Both the position numbers and the translations under genes were made by a program. A DNA stretch of 64,000 bases from Carcharhinus longimanus (taxonomy: Eukaryota), in assembly GCA_030264375.1 (NCBI GenBank), contig JASCQW010000122.1, positions 37,232,195-37,296,194 of the forward strand. Direction: 5' to 3'. The notes under the pieces are model-generated. The model searched no databases and had not been told where the DNA came from. It saw nothing but the letters and a program-made list of their open reading frames with translations. Position 1 is the first letter of the stretch. Every line of letters starts with the position of its first letter. This document shows, one piece after another, positions 11,451 to 25,634 of this stretch.

Positions 11451-14067
11451 AGGTGGAAGGTGCTCCCGTACCATGTTGAAGCTGGCAGCAGAGAAATGCA
11501 GCCAAAGGTGAGTGAAGTGCTCGACAGATGAAGGCCAGATTTCTTCCATCCCACCCACCGCCGCAATTATAGCGGACGGGTTGCAGACAATGTGAAGACC
11601 CATTAACAACTGAGTAGCAATTTCTGGCTTTTAGACCAGTACAGCTGAAGAATTCCACTGAAAGTGTCTTCCAAGGAGTTGGCAATCAAGCAATGAAAGC
11701 ATCGTCTGAGGGAAGGAGTGCTTTGAAACAACAGGCTCTCAATGGCCAAGGCTGGAACTTTCCAGTGCAATTGACAAATGATTTCCCAGCTTGTCAGTTT
11801 CCCTGAAGGAACACTTCCTTCTCCACAGTCATCTCAATGATCTCAGTGAGTTGCTGACAGCTCAGGAAACGTGTTCCAAGGCTGAGAAATCCAGCTTTTA
11901 AAGCTACACCAGCTCATAATTGAGTTCTTAACAGAACAGGCTGCTAATCACCTTAGCCAATAGATCAAAGAGGGTTTCCCCACTCGCCTTCAAAGCCAAA
12001 CAGAGGTGGCGGGGGGAGTAAGAAGATGATGGCGCTCATGTCAGTATCGTGGCTCAAACATCACTCCCCAGGACTTTCCCACCCCAAGCTTGCCCTAAGC
12101 CCACCTCCAACAGCCTGGGACAGTTCAGTCCTCTGAGCTGAACTCCTCACACATAGATCTGTATACTAGGCTCAACTTGAGGAACTGTAAGCCAAAATTG
12201 AGGCAGGTATCTGGCTGACACAGGTCTTTGCTATACAAAGTTTGACTTGTGCTGGTGCATTTGTGCATTCCCATAAAGCATGGATGGAAGAAAATCCTTC
12301 ATTATAAGCAAAAAAAAAAGTCGTCTTAGCCAACTATTGTTGAACCGCACCTGAAGTCACCATATCATCATCAGCAGCTAAAAACATAAATTTTGTTAAT
12401 CAAATCTTATTGCTGGCATGGTAAATGAATGATTGATTCTAATTTCTATTGTTGCGTTAGACTGTAAGAGAAGAGAACAGAATGGTGGGGGAAAATGTGC
12501 CAGTCATGCTGCACTCTGTGGGATATTTAATATCTAACATACAATATCCTACATTCATCAGGGAGTGGTTTAACAACACATCTAACAATTGTAAGGCCTG
12601 TAGAAGAGGATGATTCAAAATTTACAAAGCGTGCAATAAATCAGTGTCCCCAAGGACAGATGAAACAATTGAGATAAGCAACGTTTGTAAAAATGACTTT
12701 ACCTCAATGATGTATTCATCTTAATGATGCTCACTTTGCTAATCCAAGAGGCAGATAATGTGTTCCACTAGACCAGGTCTGGTTTAATCTGCTTGATAAA
12801 TACACCAAACAATTTCCACAGTGACACATTTGCCTGCTGTACATCAGGCGCTTTGAGGGAAAAACTCAAAATGCCGTCATCTATTGACTTATTTGTGATC
12901 TTAAAGCTTTGATGCATGTAAGCCATAAGAATAATCGTGCTGACTGATCAGTATTAACACTGACATCCACCAAAGCTTTACAAATAGCTGGTCGCCTGGG
13001 TTGGAGATTGTCTCTGGAGGTTAATTCTTTATTGTAGTCTTATTCATAATCAGAATTAACACGCATCTCACAATTGACATCACGGTATGCATTGTGATAT
13101 GGTTTGCCTCAGTAAATTGGCAAAAATGCTTATTTAATCTAGCATGCGGTTGGAGTCTACTATTATCTGTCACCAGCTGATGTTGCAGTATGTCATGTTG
13201 CAATGGCACTGACTTTGTAAAAATTCTCAGCTGCAAATTCTTATGAATCAAGTGTTTGTGACCAGTTTTTGATCAGGTTATTTCTTGCTAAACTCCATTA
13301 GGGAAACCATTCGGAGGCAAAATAAAAATATCCATGACTTACTCTGAATTTAAGGGTTAACGGGCAACAGACAAACTTTTATTTGCCTTTGGTAATAAAA
13401 CTTTTCCTGTCATGATCATAAATTTATATACTGCTACCAGCTAGAAGCTTGGACATAACTCATTTAGGAACCACAAAAGAAAGAAAACATTTAAATAAAA
13501 ACAGCAATCAGTTTTGAGTGGGGTGATTGTAAATGAGACTTAAACACTTTCAATGTATGATATAGATCTTGCCCTTGTATAGATTTTATCCTTGTATTCC
13601 TCTTAATCAACTTTTCTTCCCTTTTGGTAGGTTTTTGCATCTACTGGGTTCCAAAAAGGTCGAGGACTGTAGAATCCTCCACTGCTTCTTAATCAATAGG
13701 AAGTCTTTGTCTCCACGTGGGAAGAGTGAGCTGTTGCTGTCTCCTGTCATTTTCAGTCAGGCTGGCAACATTTGGTATCCAATTCCAAACTCATGCGCCG
13801 CATGTACTGAGGCGTAAAATGGGTGGCTATAATAAGTGAAACATCCTGCAAGAAGTGGAATTCTCTCAAATGTACTGCTGCAAATCCTGTTCATTCTGGT
13901 GGGCTCTGATTTGTGCTGAGGTTGCAGCTCGCTGATTACTGTAGAATCTTACAGCCCATTGCTCAATATGTTTTGTGGTAAGGCTATCTAATTAACTCCT
14001 TTGACCCCCAGTGTTTCCCTGCACCCATGCAAACATTTCCTTTTCAAGTATTATATTTTCTATGTTA

Positions 14068-14356
14068 GAAACATAGAATCCTACAATGCAGAAGGAGGCC
14101 ATTCAGTGTATCAAGCCTGCACCAACAGCAATCCCACCCAGGCCCTATCCCCGCAATGTCACATATTTACCCTACTAAACCCCCTGACACTTAAGGTCAA
14201 TCAACCTAACCTGCACATCTTTGGACTGTCAGAGGAAAGCGGAGCACCCAGAGGAAACATGGGGAGAATGTACAATCTCTACACAGTGACCCGAAGCCAG
14301 AATTGAACCCGGATCCCTGGTGCTATGAGGCAGCAGTGCTCGCCAATGTGCCATCC
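14068..14356 (-). mobile_element. HE1-like SINE, type A tail
   Basis: catagaatcc...gcagaaggaggccattc through gaggcagcagtgct...gtgccatcc. Confidence 0.88.
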
Positions 14357-16080
14357 TCAAAACTGCTTCAATCGCTGTAAAGCTCTTTGGGATGCGAAAG
14401 GCACTATATGAAGGCAGGTCTTTCTCCAGATATCCATTAACAACATGGTGTGAAGGTAACCCCCTTCCCAGTCACGTCTGCTGCAGTGATTTCACGTGGC
14501 CTTTTTGAAAACTTTGAAAGTGCCATGTCTCCCCCCTGCCACAGAGTTTTCTGCTCAATGTCAAAGCTTCAGCCTTTGCTAGGATTGAGGGTTTGAATCT
14601 GTGACTATACGCGTGATCGGCAGCCAATCCGCATCTTTCAAAATATGGAATAAGTTTGTTCCTTATTTAAAAAGTTAATCCTTTCTCCTTATTTTTTGTT
14701 GTTCCAAAAATCAGTGCAGTTCTCTGTATAAAAAATATGGCCGTCAGCATTGCAAGTGCAGCATATTAAAATAAGCTTAGCGCATGCCCCTGTGTCTCAG
14801 AGCAACTTGTTACGTTCTGAATTGTCAAACAAAAAACCATTCATTTCTGTCCTAATTAGGAGGTCTGTAATTGGAGAATATGACAGAGTTCAACTGCGCT
14901 ATGTACTGTCTGCCAGGTCCCATAGTGTATGCTTTATAAAATGCTCTTCAATTCAGGAGCAGAATATCATTAACTTTGTAAGTGGATGAACACAATGGAC
15001 ATGCAATTTAATTAACTTCTAACATTGTATGTTGGAAGGTAGACAAAATGAAATTATGCACATATTTCTCAATAATGTAGGCAACCTTGAAAGGGCTTTA
15101 TTGTGGCAGGTCAGACGGGGGGGTTCTACTAAGTCCAATTATTTCATATTTACTTGAACTCTAATTTTTTTTAACTTCTGTAGTTTATAAATCAATCATG
15201 TTTAAGTGTATGACATTGACAAAAATTCTCTGAAACTCAGAGCAGTTTAATATGAGCTTTGATATGCCCACTGTATCCTGTTACTAACTAATGCCCTTTT
15301 GTATGAGAATGACCCCAGTAATATGAAATGAGACGGGCAATAAAATTAACTTTATACTTGATGTCTGCAATGTTTTGAAAGCTACTTTCTCCAAATATTT
15401 TATATGCCTTGATAGCATTAGTTTTCCTTTAGAAAATAGTGGCATACACTCAACCTTGTGCAGTGCAGTTCAATAGTACTTTAATAGCATGTACCTCACC
15501 TAATAAGTTCAATGCAACAAATGATAAATATCTATCATTTTCCAAATAAAAAAAGATGCATTTGCATAAATGATGGATAAATAAATTTGCATCTGTTGCT
15601 AGTTGCAGCCTTTGTTCTTGATATGTAATAAATGACACAGCTCAATATTTAGTCCACAATTAAGGAAACAGTTTCTCATAGAAGCTACTCACACTATTGA
15701 AAAAACAGCTTTCAATAATCTGTTACTAGTATTGGAAGTTTCTCTGTGGGTTTTTGCAGATTTTTGAATAAATATTCTATGGTAGCTGAAAATTATCTTA
15801 GCTGTCTAGTAATGCAATTCTGAAATATTATGCTTAATCTTAGAGCAACTTGAATATAATCTTTGTTATTGGTTTCCAAGTTTTGTCCTGTAATTTCTTT
15901 GCTCTTTTATAATTGTTCCTCTCAGTTGAATGGACAGAAAAAAGTCCTGCTGCTGAAGCTGGAGCCAATGGCTGTAAGGTCCATGAGTTCACTTCATAAG
16001 CTCAGTCCCTCTTCAAGGGGGAATCACTTCACCAGTCTCTCAATTTCCCTTGGATAGTGCAGCCAAGATCAGGAAGGGAG

Positions 16081-16310
16081 CAAAAACAGAAAATGTTGGA
16101 AAATTTCAGCAGGCTGACAGCATCTGTGGAGAGAAAATAGACCCAACGTGGAAAGAGAATAGAGCCAATGTTTCTGGATGACCCTTTGTCAGACATCCAG
16201 ACTCGAAACATTGGCTAAATTCTCGCTCCAGAAATGCTGTCAGACCTGCTGAGATTTTCCAGCATTTTCTGTTTTTGTTTCAGATTCGAGCATCTGCAGG
16301 ATTTTGCCTT
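16081..16310. mobile_element. Palindromic Penelope-derived terminal-repeat element (second hairpin family)
   Basis: Left arm caaaaacagaaaatgttggaaaatttcagcaggctgacagcat...gccaatgtttc is the reverse complement of right arm gaaacattggc...atgctgtcagacctgctgagattttccagcattttctgtttttg. Confidence 0.75.
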
Positions 16311-17552
16311 TGTCTGGATAACAGCAAATTCCACACCCTGTCATTGGCTATTTTACTCTTTGTGAGCTGAAGGGAGATTTCTACTGAAAATGGGGATGCC
16401 ACATAGATGCAATGGTGCTGATTTAGTTTGGACTGTTTAATTGATGAACATTTTGATCAGTTTGGATTGTTACTCTTTAAGCCTTTTAAAAGAAATACCA
16501 CATATGGGTGGTATTTAGAGGAAGAAGTGTTTTGAATTCTGAATGACTTGAGTTGCTGGATCGAATAGTAGAGCACGGAAGTTCTAACCAAAATTCTGCC
16601 CGTGCGGCAGTTTTGCCAGTATTCACACTGCCTAGTGGAGTGTTCAGCAGCAAGGAAGCACTCACCCCTGTTTGGATGACAGGAATAGCCGCCTTACCTT
16701 ACAACTCCTCCCAAATGAGTGGCACATATATATTTTCGATATCTGCTAATTACCCAAGTCGCTCCCATATCCTGACCAAGATAACATAAAGGAACCAAAT
16801 AAAACAATGGCCGACATTCAGGAAAGGCTCACTGAATAATCAAGTGAGCTCAGTAACCTAATAGCGAAAAGTTTCTCACCTTCCGGTGGGCGTGAATGCT
16901 TAGCATCAAGACTGAGTGAATGAATGAATTCCAGATAAGATATACTTTTCCATAATGCCTCAGAAAACATCACTTTTATGATATGATTATTGTGTTTATT
17001 TCTGTCTACAGTTAATGCAATTACTCATTTGCTCCTTTGGGTCCCACTCAGAAGTTAATAGATGCATTTTACTAATGGAAAATTAAGTAGGGCTACTGAC
17101 AGTGAGGTTTATAAATATGTAAAATATAGTTTTAATTAAAATGGCAGGAAATCGATAAAATGAGACGTGACAAACATACAGTTGACGTATGCTATTGTTA
17201 AAAGATCAGGACTTTCTGTCAACAGAGTATTTTCCAATTAATATTCTTTGATTGTGATTACTAATCCATTCATCATTAGTAATGACACACACAGTATAAA
17301 AAGAATTCATTGCTCAATTTGGTTCTGAACTTTGACTTTTAAATATTTATACAGCTACATGCACATTTGGCACTTACCTATTGATAGTTATATGGTTATT
17401 TATAGACTATATGTGAGTTCTAAACTTTAATAGTGCACAACTTTATTCATCAATTTGCCTCTTATGTAATGTCTCCATTATGGCAGCAAATTCTGTGCTG
17501 TCCTTGATTCTTTCGTATGAGAAATGGAAAGAAGTATAGGTATAAATATTAG

Positions 17553-17680
17553 TTTGGCTCAATGAGCAGCGCTGTCGACTCTGAGTCAGAGGTTGTGGGT
17601 TCTTCACTGTAAACTTGAGCGATTCCACGTGGTACAGAGCAGGGGCTGCCTTGTTGGAAATTCCTGTCTTTGTGGACGTG
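17553..17680 (+). mobile_element. Deu-SINE (SacSINE1-like) 5' fragment
   Basis: ggctcaatgagcagcgct...ctctgagtcagaggttgtgggttc head. Confidence 0.55.
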
Positions 17681-17802
17681 ACGGCTTTGTGGCTATTAGC
17701 ACAGGTCAGGAAATCAAACTGAACCATAAAATCTGTGGCCAAAAAACCTAACTGGGTCACTTTTGTCCTTCAGGGAAGAAAGCCTGGCCTGGTCTACATG
17801 TG

Positions 17803-18180
17803 TCTTGTATTTATAATAATGCTTTTCATAACTCAAACTGTTTTACAATCCATGAATCACTTTTGAAGTGTTGCATTGTGACAACTAATTTGTGCATAAC
17901 AAACTCCCACAAATAGCAATGTGATGACCAGATAAACTGTTTCTGTATTAAATATTGACCAGGACACTGGCATAACTCTCCTGATCTACAAGATAATGTT
18001 GCACTAGCAAATAAGGGGCTCTGTCATATTTCTTCTGATAACCAGCTCCTCTGACTGTGCCACATTTGCTCAGTCCTATAAGGGAGTGTTAATCTTGACT
18101 GTTCTGCTCAAGACCTGGAGTAGGGCTTGAACCCAGAACCATGCGCCTTAGGAGTGACAGTGCAACCAGCTGAGTCAACC
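17803..18180 (-). mobile_element. Near full-length, diverged Deu-SINE (SacSINE1-like)
   Basis: Minus strand: head gggttcaagccctactccaggtcttgagc, Deu-like gtgtcctggtcaatattta...tatctggtcatcacattgctatttgtgggag, and an L2-like tail. Confidence 0.75.
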
Positions 18181-18930
18181 ACGTGGCGGATTCTTAATAG
18201 CCTCGGTATATCTATAACGTGGACAATAAATGCTGCCTAATCAGTACTGGCCGCACCCAAAAACAGTTAAATCATTTTGTCAGTGCAATTTTCAGTTATG
18301 TTGGAATTATTCAATGGAACTTTTGGCCCTTTACCTTTTAGATTAAAGGGATCAAAATATTAATAAGAGTGAAGAAAGCTGTATAAAACACACAGAAGAA
18401 ACATAAATGGCATGTCAAATAGAACTTTGCCTTTATTTGTTCACATTGGTGTGTAGATAGGGCTTGAGGTAAGATGGGACTGAAGAAAATGTAAGGGTTG
18501 TAAGAAGGAGATGAGAGCAGGATGCAAGTGTAAGTCCCATGTATTGAGGCAAAATATTGTCAAGAAACAAAGACACTCGTGCAATATACAAATGAGCTCT
18601 GCAGGAATGGGAAACACCCAAGCACAATCTCTATCTGCTCATGGTTGATCTTCCCACAAGATTCTATCTCTCGCCCAGATAGCAATTAATCTTTCAATGA
18701 ACTCACCTTGTGTTCTCTTAAAATGAGTGCAAAGGTTTGTCCGAGAAAGGGTGGGCACCTGCACCTTTGACAGCAGACTTATGCATTTATTATGATGTTC
18801 CTAATTGTCATGGAGATAGATCTATGCACTGGACTTTCTGCTGATCCTCCATCAAAGCGATGGTGTCTGGTCAAGAGAACCTTGGAAGTAACTCTTCCCA
18901 TTGTGTTTCCCACAGCATAATGGTCCAATC

Positions 18931-19256
18931 GTAGAATCCTTAGAATCATACAATACAGAAGGAGGCCTCTCAGCCCATCGAGTCTGTACTGACCAGAATC
19001 CAACTCAGGCCCTCCTCCGATAACCCCATGCATTTATCCTGCTAATTCCCCGACACTAGGGTCAATGTAGCACGGCCAATCAACCTAATCTGCACGTATT
19101 TGGACTGTGGGAGGAAACCGGAGCACCCAGAGAAAAGCCATGTAGACACAGGGAGAAAGTGCAAACTCCACACACAGAGTGACCTGAGGCCAGAATTGAA
19201 CCTAGGATCCTGGCACTGTGAGGCAGCAGTGCTAACCACTGTGCCACTGTGCTGCC
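18931..19256 (-). mobile_element. HE1-like SINE, type A tail
   Basis: Full head, core and tail on the minus strand. Confidence 0.9.
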
Positions 19257-19417
19257 TATCTTAAAAACAGTACTTCCACTGACTTGCTGAAAGTGGGACC
19301 ATAGGAGACTTATTCTTATGGAATAATTACTGTACTTGGACATGCAGCTGGGTACCACTCAACTTTACTTTAGTAGGAAGAGTATTGCACATTGCAGAGT
19401 ATAACGCTTAATGAAAG

Positions 19418-19628
19418 TCTGGAGATGTGCAAGTTAGGTGGATTGGCCATGTTAAATCACATTAGTGTCCTATGAAGTGTAGATAAGGTGGGTTAGCCAT
19501 GGGAAGTTTGCAGGGTTACAGGGGTAGAGCAGGAGAGAGGGCCTGGGCAAGATAATCTGTTAGAGAGTCGGTGCAAACTCAATGGGCTGAATGGCCTCTT
19601 CTGCACTGTAGGTTATCTATGATTCTAC
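19418..19628 (+). mobile_element. 5'-truncated HE1-like SINE, type A tail
   Basis: gatgtgcaagttaggtggattggccatg...atggcctcttctgcactgtagg...tctatgattcta. Confidence 0.8.
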
Positions 19629-22600
19629 GAATGGTAAAGTTGACCCTGCATTTTTTCTGTGTCGTGCCTGACCATATTTACATAACTGCAGTCATGCTAG
19701 ATCTCTAAATAAGTACCTGGTTCCAGCCAAAACGCCTGTATGTCTAGAATAAGTTAGTTTGTAGTGGTTGTGATTTTTATTTATAGGTGGTACTGTTGTG
19801 TACCTCTTGGGGGTCTCTCAGTTGCCCAAGGATCTGAAGTTGGCCCATCGTATTCCTGCAACTCCATCTCCAGCCTGCAGCCAGCTCCAATTTGCCAATC
19901 TGGTACTTTGAACTTTTTTTGCTGGTGGGGGCCAGCTTCTTCTTGCTCCATGGCCTAAGTCCAATTTGACTGGTTTTGAATTCTCCCAGTGCTGCTTGCC
20001 TTTGTCTCAAACTACCTCTGGGACATCAACTACCCTTCTGCGATCGGAAAGGCAAATCTCACTCCCTGACTCATTCTAGCTCGTCCACCCAAAAACTAAT
20101 GATATCCAGACTCTGACACTGGCCTGGATACAATCAGCTGGCCTTGCCCCTCAGCCCCTAACCCTGGCATTTGGTACCAACCTGACATGAACGTTTCTTT
20201 GTGTCATTACTTTTTGATCTCCACAGACACTGTGGTGAAGAGAGGGCAATCAGTGTAGCAGAGGGACAGAGACTGAATGATAAAGACATTTGAACCTGAC
20301 AGGATAGAAAGAAAAGGGCTGAGAAAGAAAGAGATCAAATCAGAAAGAAAAGAGAGACCTGTGATAAACTGAGTAGAAATCAATATTAGGACAGAACTCT
20401 CAAAGTCAGTAAAAATTAATGGATTATAATATCATACCAATAAATTTGGGCAGCAAATTCAAATTCCTCAGGTGGAAAGTGGAGCAATGAGAGCAGTGAT
20501 CCTGTTCAAAGCTGCAGAGAGAGAAGGATTTCAAGGTGACATATACATCATAGAAAAGGGTAAAAGAATAGGATAGATGGGGAAGATGGACAAAGAGGCA
20601 GACTAATCATGGCAACTTTGTCAAAGTCATGATAAGCCCAGGCAAAGTGGCCAGGGAGATCATATCTCCCTCTTTTGGGATGACTGAGGAATTCATTAAT
20701 GTCAGATCAGAACTTTCCTGTAATATCTTCATCAGAGAAAAGGGTCAGCACATGGGGGCAGATGACAATTCAGTGATTGGTACACTTGATGAAGGAAGGT
20801 CTGGCCCAGTAGGGTGGAACTTCAGAAGTATTTGGATGAACTATTTGTGGTACCGGAAGGCGTAACCCTGAAGGCGAAAGTCCTGGAAGGTGAAGCCTCC
20901 GGAATGTTGCAAGATAACTTGCAATTGATTCTATTGCTATTTACGATGGACTCTCTTGTTCTAAAGAAATAGTTTGTTATTGTTTTATTAGTTCTTGGTA
21001 TTGTGTTAGTTTGTTGATTTATTACTTAAGGGTGCACTTGGCAAAATGTGTGCTTGGTGAAGGGTGCACTTGGTGAAGAGTGCCCCTAATTTGGAATTAA
21101 ATTATGATATGCCATTCATTTTTTTAAAAATCAATCTAAATCAATCTGATATTAAGCATGGTCTCTTTGTAAACTATTTTAGAAAAGCTTTGTTGGATCC
21201 TTCACCCTGAATTTTGTATTTGGTAATATTTCCTTCGCATTTGACTTTTAAGTGTTGCCTTTCAGGTTGTATTTTGAAGGTAGGGGTGTGCTGTTGAATA
21301 TGATCATTAACATGAGATGCTAGGCTTTAGAGAATATTTTCCAAGAAACAAGAACATAATGTGTCCTTATTTCCATGTATTTTATTCAACCAACTGTGGT
21401 GTCATCTCCAGTCTTTATTGTCAGTGAGAACTCACTAGTGAATGGAAGTGCATGTAAGAGAGACCGAGCTTCACACAGCTAAAGGAGAAGGTCATAAATG
21501 TTGTCACCTTTCAGTTAAATCATTTTCATTCTAAACTTGAAACAATGATAACAGTTAATCAGATGGAATTGCTATAAGAAACTGCTTTCACAATATTGAG
21601 AAAGGAACACTCTCTCCAATTGGACAGTTGATGCCTATAAATTCTGTTCTGCTGAGTGGACAATTCAGCTTTAAATAAACAGTCGTACAAGACAAGAAAT
21701 ATAATCATATGGTTGTACAGCCAGATATGAAGGAACATCTTCATCACCTGACAAATTATGACAAGGTGTAATAATAATAATACTTCACACTAAAAATGCA
21801 AGGGCTATATGCATTGCAGTGAGTTAAAAGACTTAAGTCTCAAGTAATAAGGCTCACAGCAATGGTTTAAATTAGCATCACATGTATGTAGCAGTGGCCT
21901 CTAGTGACACTGCCTAAACCATAAATGAATTAAGCCAACTGGTGAAACATATATTTTCTGTCCCATGTCAGGTTGCCTTTTGTTTTGGATGTTTATAAAA
22001 TAAATTTGAGTAGTTAATGTTAGTGTTCAGTGATTAGAACAATGTAGTAGTTGTGAATAATGTGAATGTACCAACCAAAATCAGCAAATCCAGTCAATGG
22101 CTTCAATAAGTAGCTTCCTCAAGAATGGATGTGCTTATGAACTGTAAGCAGTCAAATGGATGCTGTGACTTAAGGTGTAGTTTTGACCATTTTTAAAATC
22201 AGCTTGAGTTATGCACCAAATCATGAATCTGGTTAGTGTGAGACAGATCACCCTGAGGTTGTCCCAAAATGCTGAATTCTGCAAGCCACTCAGGACTGAC
22301 TTTTCAGGGTCATACCTTCAATTATTTTTGTCCATGAGAAATAATCATTCTGTTGTGATAGCACCCCGGCCTCAAAACAGTAACATGCTATCAGTGAGGG
22401 ATGAGAATGGATCTGAATTTCCAGGGGTTGATTTGCCAAGCATAACGCACTTTGTCGGACCTCCTCTCTCTGTCACCATTGGTGAAAGGGTCTGAAAGCT
22501 GTTCACTTTATATTTGATGCCTCACAGCTCATTTCATAAAACTATTTTTGTTATGCCTATCAAGCGATACCAAATCTATTAATACTTATGATCCTAAAAT

Positions 22601-24787
22601 TACTTCCTATCAGCATCGAAGCAGTGTTTTCCCATTCTTGGGACCGTCCTTGCCTCCAACGCAGTTCACCTTGAGTTATCTGACAGACCATCTCTTGCTG
22701 GCTTTCCTCATTTGCCACCTTTAGAAAGCCTGGTGCAGTGTGTTTGGGTCACCAGAAGGTGTACTCATCAATTAAATGTATGACGGTATTTTGCGTTGGA
22801 TGAACTAATATGTCAAGGAGATGGGCAGGACCCCATGTTTGGGCTTTTGACAAATCAGCAAATGTTTAATCTCAAGATGTGCAGGTTCTCATAAATAATG
22901 CAGTGATTACTGAGACAGAACTCCGTGTGAATGTTTTCTCAGTGCGTGCGGTCAGGAAAAAAATAACTAAATCACTTCCTTTTCGGTTGCTTCCTTGAGA
23001 GACCAATTTTCCATCATATAGTTTTATGTCCTCAGACAAACTAACAAAAGACCCTTTGATGTGACCATTCTTTGGAAAATCATTTTTGGCCTTTTGTGGT
23101 TTTTAATAATTTGTCGCAGTTGTCGTCTTACCAGTTGTTTTTTTTTCGCACATTATTCCTCAGTTGCTCCATGCAACAAATCATTGTTGGTGAAGATACA
23201 TCAGTGAAATTTGCTTTTTTAAAATCTGTTGTATTTTCTGAATCCAAACCAATGCAAGAGAAAATAGTTGAAAACCCTTGGGATCTATGAGACTGTACTT
23301 CATAGAATCCTTTGCTGCAATCATCCCTTCAGTCCAGACTCAGTGAGACCAGGTCTTATATATTACATGGAATTTGTGGACGTGGGAATGGTGAAGATAT
23401 TGCAGTCATATGTGCGTGTATCATGTAAATATGTCTGTTACCAAGGTGGAGGCTCTTGCTCTCTCTCTCTCCATCACTCAGATGGTGAGTGCAAGATCTG
23501 AAGGCTGGAGCAGAAGAGTTGTTTTTAGGCAGTCGACCGTATCGCAATCATGAGGGGAAGTGTCAACAAGGTCAATGGAATGTCCTAGTGAAATAGTGAA
23601 ATGGCATCTCGGTTAACATTACATAAATGAAAGTCCGTTTGACCCCTGATTCTAAAGTAAAGGGTCACTCAAAAGATGACGAGGGAGGGTGCAGGACTTA
23701 AATTTCCATTCTGTGCTACTTTACACTGTCCCATTGTACAGTATCCAAAAATTAAGTAATACAGTATGTTCACAATGATATGCCTAAAATTAGCTTAGCA
23801 AACAAGTAACTAATACCTTCATCATCACTGAGCAAACTGGAGGCTTGGGTTCAATACCAAAGAAACTGATTTCCAGTCTTTTGAACAATGCCTGTCTGTT
23901 CAATCCCAAGACGTTTGGGGATTTAGGAAATACACAGTTGTAAGTTTAAGGCACAATACGGTAAAGTGAAGGGTCTAAAAGTTTTATCCTGCAGTTTAAA
24001 TTCTCAAAACTAGAACTGATGTCCTGATAGTATGATACACTTTGTCTCTGTTTTCAGCTATTTCACAAAACACCCAACTTGATTGTGAGTCCTTGATGGA
24101 GTTGGCATCAGAGGAAAATGGATACTAAATTTGGTGATGTGTGCCAATTCCCTGGCTCCGTCCCACCTCCCAAGTTATTTTCCCAGACCCACATGGCATA
24201 CAGTTGGTTAAAGTAGTTAAGGGTCTATTTAGGCTGATGGACTCCAGGTTCCTGCAGGCAGTAAGAGCCAGTTGAATTGCCTGGAGTGGCCCCCCAGAAA
24301 CTGATCAGATTCCAGTGCCCCGGCAGGCCCTGGACCGTGGCAATCTAGCTGCAAGGCGTCTTTCATTACAAGTTGCAGAGAGGGCAATCTGCTCCATTTT
24401 TGAACCACAACCGCTCTCACTATCCTGCCATTACTGCTTGCAGCTCCGTCCAAGCTGGAAGGCCTCTGATTGTCTCTCAAGCATCGAGAGCCCATGTCCC
24501 AGATCCACAGTTCAGATGCTCACAGGGAAAATCCTATCCTTGCTCTTGGCTTCATTTGTGTCACAGAAAATCAACTAGTGAACAGTCAACAAATCTTCCT
24601 GTCCAGAAGCCGTAGAGCTGATTTTAATAGTGGTTGAGAGCAAATTGCCTGTTATACTCTCTGCTTGACATAAACAGAATGTGCCTAAGGTGGATAATCT
24701 GCTGCTACTTATTTTCCCCCAGTGCTGATCAGCTCTCTTATTCTTCCTGTTAATATTTAAATGTTTTCAGAGTATTAGGCTTCCATC

Positions 24788-25060
24788 AGTAGGTTTACAT
24801 TAACACTGCAATGAAGTTACTGTGAAAATCCCCTTGTTTCACACTCCGGCGCTTGTTCAGGTACACTAAGGGAGATTTTAGCATGGCCAATACACCTAAC
24901 CAGCATGTCTTTCAGACTGTGGGAGGAAACCAGAGCACCCAGAGGAAAGCCACGCAGACATGGGGAGAACATGTAGATTCTGCACAATGACCCAAGGCTG
25001 GGAATCAAACCTGAGTCCCTGGCGCTGTGAGACAGCACTGCTAACCACTGTGCCACCGCA
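24788..25060 (-). mobile_element. HE1-like SINE, type B tail
   Basis: cattaacactgcaatgaagttactgtgaaaatccc...ctgctaaccactgtgccacc. Confidence 0.88.
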
Positions 25061-25634
25061 TTCCCCAATAAAATTATACTGATGATTTCTCATGTAAACA
25101 GTTGCCTGTCATGGTTTTTGTTGATGAACAAGTCAAATAAAAATAAAACCTTTTCAAAAGCATTTTCACGTCATTTTCCTCTGTAGATTTTAATGCCCAT
25201 AATCAGATTGCAGTCAAAATCGTAAAAACGTTGTAAATGTTCATTAAACACAATTGTATTTAGCCACTAAAATAAATATCGTTTGTGTCTTTTAATGTAC
25301 CCATGAAAGATTTTACTTTAAGCCTTAGGCTATCTCAAAAGCTTGGACTTCTAATAGAGATTTTTGCTTCAGAGAATTTCCAGTCATATCTGTGCATTCT
25401 AAGCATGTGCATTCTGTACAATTTTCCAGCATCCTATCCACACACCCTGAGTAGATGTCACCTATAGAATTATAAAGCTGATTTGAAGCAGAAAGATCTG
25501 TCCTCATCCAGTGAGAACTTGATTTTCAAAAAATATTGGCGATTGAATGCTTAAACATTTATTTAAGGCAATTGTCACTTAAAATACTTAACTTTTCTAT
25601 TATGATGTATGCGGACAGGCAAGATGTGAAATTA

